From: Amphiscolops sp. MND2022
Taxonomy: Eukaryota
Assembly: GCA_964187785.1 (NCBI GenBank)
Contig: OZ076409.1
Coordinates: forward strand, 64,172,001 to 64,232,000
DNA: 60,000 bases
Direction of reading: 5' to 3'
Shown here: piece after piece, positions 10,001 to 19,573 of the stretch
Layout: each line of letters starts with the position of its first letter
How positions within the stretch are numbered: the stretch's first letter is position 1
The notes under the pieces: model-generated
Databases searched by the model: none
Told to the model about the DNA's origin: nothing
What the model saw: only the letters and a program-made list of their open reading frames with translations
Position numbers and translations under genes: made by a program

Positions 10001-13000
10001 TTAGTTTTTCTTCGACTTAGAAGACTTTGGCTTGGTGGCTGCAACAGACTCACTAGAATCGTCTTCAGAGCATCGGGCAACAGACACGCTAAGTCGCCCA
10101 AGGGAGGGCCCAGGAGAAGGAGTACTGGCATTACTGGTCGATCTACTGAGACTAGGAGTGGTCCCACCAGACTCTACAACAACTTTCTCAGCTTGTAGGA
10201 CAGATCTCTTGTAGGCAGCTTCAAGTTTGCCCCGTAGAGCAGTTCTTCGCGGGCCACTACCCTTGAGGAAATTCCAAATTGAAAATTTTTTGTCAATCAA
10301 CAAGTCCTGACCTCTGCCCAACAAGCGAAATGCTCGCCCAATTAAACGCTGATCTCTGTACAAACTGGAAACATGCGGAACGCTCAAGTAAGATTGCTGC
10401 AGACAAGTCACGCACCATCGGAACATCTCTTTATCAGATGATAATGTTGGGACTGGCACTTCAAAATGATCAACTTTGCCAACAAATGGAGGCAAGCAGA
10501 GACAAGCGTAACGAAACAAATGAAGCAGGTCCTGTCGACTTTGCATTTCATAATGTGAGGCAAGGTATTGCACCCAATTGTCGTCCTTAACCACAGAATC
10601 AACAATTTGGTAGCCAGAGAACGATATTGGCTGACACACTTGACTTTATCGCTAGGAGAAAGCCATCCTGAATTAACGAAATAGGTTGTGAGCTTTTCCA
10701 CTGCACTAACGTAGTGCCTCTCTGGTCCTTCTACCATAACAGCAAAATCGAATGACGACAATCCTCTAATCAGATTTGAATTGACAAGCTCATGTTTCAG
10801 CAGAACTTTGCAAAAAGATTTGCAAAATGCAATCGATTGATCAATGAATTTGCCCGGCCGGGGCAATTTGCTAGCGATCACTAAATTATGATAGTCAACA
10901 TTCAAAACGAATTCCGAAGCAGTTTTGAAGGGAAGGTCGGTTCGATCCAAATCGAGGCACAAATAATTGTCCCAATCAGTAATCCTTCCCAAAGTTTGAT
11001 CGGGTAGAATATTCTGCAGTTGGCAATACAGAAACACAGCAAACTTGTTGAAAAGTCTAAATCCACTATCCATTTGACCTTCCAATTCGGAGAAAGCTGA
11101 ATTATCTAAAACAAACAACATGGAATCCAGTTAAACATTCCCCTGAAGTCAGATATACGAAAAATACAACAAAAAGAACGTCGAAAAGATATACTATACA
11201 CTATTCCCCATGTTGATTTACGAAGAATATACGTCATTAGAAGGAAATTTTTATCAAATATACGCCATTACACACTTTAAGCTATGCCGAGTATACGTTA
11301 TTATACGGAACTCGCTGCAAAGCTTATACGAACACGTGCATAAATACTATACGTCAAAGTACAGGAAGAAAGATGGTGAGTGTACGTCATTATACGCATC
11401 TTACAAGAAAAGGTATGACGTCAACGATTGGAATGAATTGTAATGTCTATACGCTATCATGCGGAATGAGGCGTGATGACTATACGTCATTATGCGGATG
11501 CAGCAGTGTGAAGGACGAGTCACAATGGTAATGCATCACTATACGGAATGAGGTGTGATGACTATACGTCATCATGCGGATTCAGTAGAACAAAGAACGA
11601 GACATCGATGAGATGCATCATTACACGGAACGAGCTATGACAACTATACGTCACTATGCGGTTTCAGCATGATAGAGAGCAAATTACAATGTCGTTACAC
11701 AAAACGAGTTACAATGACCATACGCCACTATGCGGAATACGAATAACTTCGCGGAGCTACCTTGTAATGCTAAATTAAAAAGGAGATGCACATATATGCA
11801 GATTAATCCGGAATGATTACAATGAAATATGCGGAATTAGACTTAGAAAAGCAAAAATTGCAGTGTTTTGTTCGTACCGGATAAAGCAGGGCAGTAGTAA
11901 CGGTCAAAGCAACAAAACGTGGAAAAAGACGCAACTACTAGGAATTAGGAGAGAAATTGGACGTTGGGAAGTTAACGCACATAATATGCAAAAAGTTAGT
12001 CAGGTTAACAAACTGTCCCGAAAAGACTAAATATATAAAGACAACTCACAATGGTCAATCACACATCGTATGATGAATAGACGGGCCAGGTAGGCTGTGT
12101 CCAGCTTGAAACATTCATCGAGGGTGTTTGGCTAAAAGCAGTGGGGAATGAAATAAATTGAAACTCGGACTTTTGTAATACGTGATAAAGACAACCGACC
12201 TCTCTCATGTGGAAGCGATAAATTGGCAGTCGCGAAACCTGATTGAGATGCTGCAACACATGGTCCCAGTTCGCAGAAAGCTGTTCAATAATGATGGACG
12301 CCTCATGGAGCGAGTAGTCGAGCGTGATGACACACTAAAAACGAAAAATTGGTATTATTTTCAGCATACTAACCAAGACAAATGCTCTCAGGAAAATTCC
12401 AACTTTGTGTAAAGTCGGCAATGAATGGAGCCAGTCTCGATCGAGAGCTGTACGAAGCTTCATCAGGAGGTAGTCGAGTATCGACCGGAAGTCGTGCCTC
12501 TCGATAATTTGGGTTGTGGGCTTTTCAAGAGACTTTTCAAAATCAGCAGGTCCATATGTTTTGACAACTTTCGGTCTTCGGTTCCCGGGCAGTGTCGAAG
12601 CCAAGCAATTGCCTAATTTGTCTCCACCCCCAAGGACACTGATGCAAGAAGGAGGTTGCTCGAGTAGGCTCAGAAACGACGAAATTAAATCCAAAATGCG
12701 TCGGGGAATCAAAACCCCTCGGGGGCCAGTACCGATGCAGACACGGTAGAGTACATTTCCTGTCCAGAAGCACACGAAGAGACGAACGTGAGTTGGGTCA
12801 TGCTGGAAGATGATTGAATAGACCCCAGAAGATGAAATTGCAGTCACGCAATAATTTACCAGCTCTCGAAACATGTACACCAAGATTCCCTGGGAACAAA
12901 ATAAAACTCAGAAACTCAAATGACAATTTGATCATGGGTAGAATTTCCTGGTTGAGAACGCTAACTTAAATTGGAAAGTAGGAGAATTTACTTACAAAAA

Positions 13001-14362
13001 TGCGATGTTCGCTCCAGTTGAGTGATGTAGCTTGTTGAACACTCGGGAGGTGTCGTACCAACTCATCATGGACTCCAGTCAGACTATTTATATGGCCTCC
13101 AAACCGCAACCCGAACTCAAGGATGCAAATTTGCGACAGAACTTCTTCGGAAGGGCTGGTATGACTGGCTAAATCAGGTACTGAGGTTTGGTTTACCAAG
13201 GGCCGGCAAGGATCCAGTTGTGGCGCAATCGGGTAGGTGTCTTTCGCCTTTCTTTTAGCCTCGCTGAGAGGCACCCCTTGCAGTTCTTTCTCTTCCCGAT
13301 CGAAGAGTGGCATTCCAGGAATTTCCATGCGAATCCTGTGTTCCTTTACTAAGTGGCCCTCAGTACGGTAGTGGGACATTAATTCTAAAACCCCTCTGCT
13401 CATAAGGGATAACTCCACTTTGCAGACTCTACACCACCATTTGTAGGGTGTTTTCTCCTTTTCAAGGGGCCCAGTAGCCGAAAACTTTTAGACAGGATGT
13501 TTCCTGAACATATGGGTTTTCAGGGAGTATTTAGGTCTTTGCCTTTTCCCTCGTACAAAAGAAGATCCAGCCGTTGGAGGGTAAGGCACCATAGGCAGCT
13601 CGGAACTGTTTGCTGCATTGGGATTGGGGACAATCGTTGTGTCTCCTTGGTTCCCCACGGGTTCGTTTGTGACCATTAATGAAATCGGTCGGTCCCACTC
13701 GGCTTCCTCACCATGCAGAAGAGCAGGAGGTAATCGGTCTAGTACCCTAGACAAGGCAAGTATCTCATTTCTCGTGATGCTGATTCTCCCTGGATTCACT
13801 TGAGGCATCATCTCTCCTTCATCGATCACAAGGTTTTCAGTCGGGGTATTGGTTAGATTAGCTTGAGCAATTGGTTCCGGTTCAGCAATATGGTGAGGAG
13901 GGGAGGTTATCTCTTCTTCGTGAGAACGATCAAGGATGTAACGACTAAAAGGAGAAGACATCATGTGGGAACTTCCAGCTACCATAATCCCTTCCAGCAG
14001 TTCTTGGGATATTTCCCCAGGAAATAAATCCATTGCAGGAGGAGGAGGAGTGTCACAACTTTGAGTTTGAGTGTTCTCGCTTCGTTCTGCTCCGAGGGGC
14101 TGTTCTACGTGATGCTCAATCCCTTCACAAGTTTGATGGAGCACAACTACCGACGAATCATCGTCTCGCACGACAGAATCTGGCACCCCTTCTTCTGCGG
14201 GGGGATCTTTTGGGACGAGAGTTTTCTCTGCAGTAGAATGGGGCAATACAGACGTGGAAGGACCAGGGTTGTTTGTCTGGATAGCTGGGGAAATGACTTC
14301 CAATGGGGTATATATCTTGGTAGGGGATCTTCCAGGAGACCTCTCTGTTGCTCCAAGTTCGA
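10001..14362 (-). pseudogene. Spliced antisense gene of E1: BED-like zinc finger plus degenerate hAT-transposase-like protein
   Basis: Predicted exons 14362-12996, 12889-12404, 12334-12200, 12131-12050, 11105-10001, joined by in-frame GT-AG introns. Motif WWCRVCKVELSLMSRGVLELMSHYRTEGH. One stop (13488-13490) and one frameshift (~10620). Colinear homolog in E2; the 5' start exon is not located. Confidence 0.8.
11450..11740. repeat. Degenerate ~82-83 bp tandem repeat rich in TATACGTCATTATGCGG, inside the 944-nt intron of the E1 antisense gene
   Basis: ACTATACGTCA recurs at ~11479, ~11561, ~11643; related motifs span ~11190-11840. Confidence 0.65.
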
Positions 14363-16173
14363 CTAAAACAATCAAACCGTCACCGTCTGAGTAAATCGGA
14401 CTGGTTTCAAAACAAATGATCTCTGTTTTAGCATTACCGGAAAAGAAAGCGGAAATACAGCTAATTCGGAAGCCACAAAATCCTAACCGGAAGTTGATAA
14501 GCTTCCGCGAAGAGAAATTTAGCTATTGTAGTACTCTAGCTTCAAAATAGATGTTAGCCTGGCCAGCTTTTCATCTTTTAAAAATTACCGATCGGAAAAA
14601 ATTTGGACAGAAACAAAATTCACTCGAAAGAGTAAAATGAGTCAAACTTACCAGGAGTAGCGGTAGTCGGAGATTTGTAGCCCCAAGAAATGAAGTGTTG
14701 ACGAGACAGCATATCCTTGCGGGATTTCCGCCTTGAATTAGAATCCATCTCTCGAACAAATGAGTGTAAAGGGTGTTGAAAGTACAATAAATAATTCAGA
14801 ATGGTAACAATTAAATACGGGAGTTAAGATGAGTGAGGAACTGAAATTAAACTTAGGAGCCCTGGATTGAGGGGAGTACGAGAAAAGACTAAATAACTGG
14901 AAACTAACTATGATATACGACGAAAAGACTGATTAAAAAAGTTTAAAATTAAGCAGATTGCAGAAACTGGTGAAATAATCAAAGGCGTGGCGTAACAAAA
15001 CGAGGCAAAGAAGCAAATGAAACATGTATTTATTGAATATGCTTGTTCAAACTGAACGCTGATTGGTCAATTAAAATGTCATTCACCACTGCCAGGGTGA
15101 TAGATTGGTTAATTGACAGCCGCAAATCACTTCCTACTTATGCGCAAAGCAGAGATGGTTAGAAGACGTAATATATAAACTTCAATACATACAAGCACGC
15201 GGCAGTATACGATTTAAGCTGTGACGAACATACGTCAGTATACGAACTACAGGACAAGAGTGAGCGTCAACGCCCATACCAAGCAATGATGAGCATACGG
15301 CATTATGCGGAATTACCATAGCCACGTGCAATACAATTTACAGAGCTACATGAGATTATGCGTCAACATGCGGATCAACTGCAGATGATTATACTGTAAT
15401 ATGCGGATTCACAAAGTGGTTACGCGGTAATATGCGGAATTACCATAGCGGAGTATAAAGAGGTATTCTGAACCACACGAACGGCAACAGAACAGACCGA
15501 ACAATTACGTTACGTAATACGATGCACGATAGCCACACACAACGGTGTTAGAGTGGGTATTGGAAAGAAACGAAAAGTGACTGGTTACTCAATGGCAATG
15601 GACAACTCCCCCAAACAATTACTGATTACAATGCGCTTTTAAAGTAAAACTTACAAACAAAAACGTATAAACTGATGTTTATTTCAATATGGTTGCTTGA
15701 ATTTTTAGTTTCGAACATCTTGTTGGGAAAACTAAATTTTAGTCATGTAAGATGATTATATGTTTCCTTTATACTATATTTTCATATAACGGAAGGAGAG
15801 TCATGTAATCCTTTGATGATGATCATAATTTTGTTTGTTAGCTATTAAACTAAATGAAACACCGCCAAAGGGTTGAGGTGAAGAAGACATCCTCCTAAGA
15901 AATGCCTTAAATGGAATTTGTTTACGTTGAGTTACAAGAAATCACGACAATTTCCTTGAATCCAAATCCTAGCGTCAGGGTAGAGACCAAATAAGGAAGC
16001 AGTGAAACCCTGAGAATCATGACACTCAACTTTTTCGCGGGTTTTTGTCGAAGAAAAGGGAGAACTGAAAAAGACATCACCATATGGTCTACAATAACTT
16101 TAAGTTCAGTTGTCTCTAATTTCAAAACTTTGCCTTTTGCTGATCCTTAATTCATAAATACATCTTCAAAATA

Positions 16174-17223
16174 ATGAATCCAACACAATCTAACATCACT
16201 GAAGATCTGGGTTACTCGCGCATTTCCCATGATGTGATCGATATATCAAGCGAGTCCGGAGAAGAATTTGTCGTGGAACCTGGCAATATCGCACAACTAA
16301 ATGAAAGATTTAGAATCAACACTATGGGATCTAATATCTTGGCCGCTTTTGTGGGATCAGCGACAGCCGCTTTGTTCCCTCCTTCGAACTCAGTCGATCG
16401 ACAAGGGACCATTGATATCGCTGGCACCACTATTGAAAGGGAGATCATGGAGTTGATTGAAGAAAGTCCACTTTCGCCTTCTTCTTCCTCCTTGTCTTTC
16501 ATAGACTCAGAATTTGAAGAAGTGGACATGTCGCCGAGAGACTCCACCGGAGCATCAGAAAGACAGTTAAACAATTACGGGCGACCCGTCGCTGCTATTT
16601 TGCCCACGCCTAGGATTCCCAGACAACAATCAAATGAGATGATCAGACCAATACCAACATACCCACTGAACTTCTCACAAGAATCTTCCAACTTTCAGCA
16701 AATCAATACAACGAATGACCAAGGGATTACAAATCCTTCAGCGTTCGAAGCAGGTGGTACACATTCACAAAATGCATTCGTGTTAACAGAACCGCAATAC
16801 CCAGCTGTAGGGGACATCACACCCATGGTAATACATTTGCCCCCTAGATCTATGGTGGATGTTTCTGCCAATTTTATTGGCCCATCTCAACAAGTTACCC
16901 AATTTGGATTCCCATTCAACATCCTATATTGCCCCAACGTTCCTGCGGTAGTAGCCAACGAAGGACAAATCTTCCGGCTGTTTCCCACGGTCATGCCCAA
17001 CGTTTCCGGATACTGTCATTGGTGTGGTCGCACTTTCGATCAAATTGCGTTAGAGACCCTCGGGGACTATCTTGGAGCAACTGCCTATGATGGGGAAACA
17101 GTCAGAGATCGTGGAGTGAGGTCGAGAGCTTTCATCGACGGTTTTGAAGCTGCGTTGTTTATCTTTAAAAACGCAGGACTGTCGCAGCCCCAAAGATGCG
17201 ATGGGTCCGGAGTGCATCAGTAA
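16174..17223 (+). CDS. Extra sense ORF (ORF3) of E1, 349 aa, unknown function; ends inside the 3' LTR
   Basis: Intact ORF. N-terminal VIDISSESGEE; C-terminal CHWCGRTFDQI...AFIDG...SQPQRCDG aligns gap-free with E2 ORF3. Confidence 0.75.
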   Translation: MNPTQSNITEDLGYSRISHDVIDISSESGEEFVVEPGNIAQLNERFRINTMGSNILAAFVGSATAALFPPSNSVDRQGTIDIAGTTIEREIMELIEESPLSPSSSSLSFIDSEFEEVDMSPRDSTGASERQLNNYGRPVAAILPTPRIPRQQSNEMIRPIPTYPLNFSQESSNFQQINTTNDQGITNPSAFEAGGTHSQNAFVLTEPQYPAVGDITPMVIHLPPRSMVDVSANFIGPSQQVTQFGFPFNILYCPNVPAVVANEGQIFRLFPTVMPNVSGYCHWCGRTFDQIALETLGDYLGATAYDGETVRDRGVRSRAFIDGFEAALFIFKNAGLSQPQRCDGSGVHQ

Positions 17224-18847
17224 AAGATAACCAACGACTTCGACAAACATTCTGAATACTGATATTTTTGTTTTTTTTTTCATTTTTATCAAGTCATGTA
17301 AATTCTAGGTATATTTTGTATATTTGGATCATTGTGAGATTTTCCTGAGCTGTTATTGAAAGATAATTCATGTAAGAAGGCGCTAAAATACATGGTTCAT
17401 TACAAATACTAGCGTAAAACTCTCTATGCTATGAATTCCGTGCTTATTATGCGTCAATATGCCGTAAATGTTGTGACGTATAAGCGTCAAAAGTCATTTT
17501 TAGAATATTTTATAAGCGTCATCATACGTAAACTTGACTCACGCATATGCGGCATTGTACGTTTTTAACTACAAGACAATATACGTTTTTGGATAAACTG
17601 CATATGCGGCAATATGCGTTTTTACTTTTACAATGCAATTATACACTGTTGAGCAGTTCTTATGTTATCGTATGTACGTCAACATGCGGTTTTCGCAGTG
17701 AAAGTATGAACGAATTGTGCAATATGGATTATGGAGTGTATGTGCTATTGTGCGTTATTGAATGTTGATGCTTACATGTTGTATACGCTATCCTGCAGTA
17801 CAGGGAATACCGCATATACGTCATTATGCATTTTTAGCTGTACTCTCATCATTTTGAAGTCATGTAGCGTTTAATTCATCTAATGATACTTGAAACGTAT
17901 TATACAGCGTCTAGCCTTGTTTTCCTAGGATTTTCACGGTCCCTTGATAATATTTAGGGTGTCATTGTAGTGTGATTTAAAGGATATAAATAGAATGATG
18001 TGATTTTGACGTTATACTGTTTTTATCTCTTTAAATAATGATACCTGTAAATGTGATTGTCATCCTTTTTGTATTTTTTGGAAAACTGAAGGGTTCATTC
18101 ATTCGAATTTTATCTCTCCCATCAAGCAGTTGCTCACTTTTCAACCTGGTCTTTTGAAAGCAGTCTTTTTGACTAACATTGTTTTATCTCCCGAATTGTC
18201 TTTAGATAATTCATTTGAATAAATTCAAATTCTTCCCCAACAGCCAAAATATCATTTTCCTTTGAGAAAGATGGGGAACAAAAGAAGTAGAAGGTCCAGG
18301 AGATTGGAGACCCCGTCTCCAGAAAGAGAACTCAATGAAACACAGGTAGAAACATCAACCCAAGGTAATATTACTTTGACAAATGCCGAATCTAATACCC
18401 ATGGAAACCTTGACAATGATGAACTTAGGAACCAATTAATTGAACCTAGCCAATTAAGCAATGAAATACAAGCGTGGACTGAGAATTTTGAACAAAAGAA
18501 CAATGATAGAATAACAAAAATGAGAGAAGAAATGGAGAACAAACTAGATGCAATCCTGAAGGAGATAAAATCTAATAAAAGTGTATGAACAGTAACAAAC
18601 CCAAGATCTGAAATGGATGATATACAAAACATACAGCCTTCGGGATCCAAAACTAATAGGTCTATTGGAGTACACGCATCTCACATCTATAACTCAGACT
18701 CAGAAAACGACGATTATCCTCTACAAGCTTCTAAAATGGGAGACCTGAAACATCCTGCTAAACCATTGTTCAGATGCGAATCTGATGTAGATGTAACTAT
18801 ACATTCGGACGAAGAGTCTGACGTCGAAGAGGTGGAGGATTATCACA
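17180..18847 (+). repeat. 3' LTR of E1 (1668 bp), carrying a copy of the Gag N-terminus with a stop at 18586-18588
   Basis: Direct repeat of 2308-3973; TG...CA ends. Confidence 0.95.
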
Positions 18848-19373
18848 GCTGCCATCTCTGCCAAGGCATATCTATAAGATGTACGGCATGTTCCAAAGCC
18901 TTCATCCAGCTCCTCCTTGATAAATCCTCACTGTTCAGCCATGGAGTCGAAAGTCTCACTCGTTTTCAAGAAGTCATCACTAGGTTGGCGCATAAGCAAG
19001 ACTGCAACATGTTTGGGCTCATCAAGTTCTCCCGAAGATTTGTCCACTTTTGCAATCAAAGTCTAGTTGTACTTTCCTGGTAGTTTGTAGAATCCAACCA
19101 CATCTCGAACACTCTCGTGAACTAAAAAGTGTCGAGAGTGTCCAAGAAAAAGTGTTTGGACAATCTCTTGCACCAAAAACCAAAGCCAAAAGTGCACGAA
19201 TTTCTAACAATGACTTTGATGACACACCTTCATAACAAAATATAGCAGGCAGACCCAGGTGAACAATCGAAACACTGTCAAAGGTTTACTTGCAGCCTAT
19301 GGAAAGTCCATCTCTCACGCATTCGTCATATTAAACAAGACGGGAACGTCTAAAGTCGGCGCTATATCTAAGG

Positions 19374-19573
19374 NNNNNNNNNNNNNNNNNNNNNNNNNNN
19401 NNNNNNNNNNNNNNNNNNNNNNNNNNNNNNNNNNNNNNNNNNNNNNNNNNNNNNNNNNNNNNNNNNNNNNNNNNNNNNNNNNNNNNNNNNNNNNNNNNNN
19501 NNNNNNNNNNNNNNNNNNNNNNNNNNNNNNNNNNNNNNNNNNNNNNNNNNNNNNNNNNNNNNNNNNNNNNNNN
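19374..19573. other. Assembly gap (200 N)
   Basis: Run of N. Confidence 1.

Larger units (their letters stand above)
2308..18847 (+). mobile_element. Ty3/Gypsy LTR retrotransposon E1 (~16.5 kb, decayed) with extra antisense gene and extra 3' sense ORF
   Basis: Near-identical direct LTRs 2308-3973 and 17180-18847 (TG...CA), PBS TGGTGACAG, gag with two CCHC knuckles, pol order PR-RT-RNaseH-IN. Flanks GCAAC / GCTGC do not form a clean TSD. Confidence 0.95.

Noticed and set aside
10001..14375. Independent DNA transposon nested in the retroelement
   Set aside because: No TIRs or TSD seen, and the same gene sits at the same position and orientation in two diverged families.
16174..17223. env gene (position after pol suggests it)
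   Set aside because: No signal peptide, furin site or transmembrane anchor visible; the protein is mostly low-complexity with a small Cys domain.
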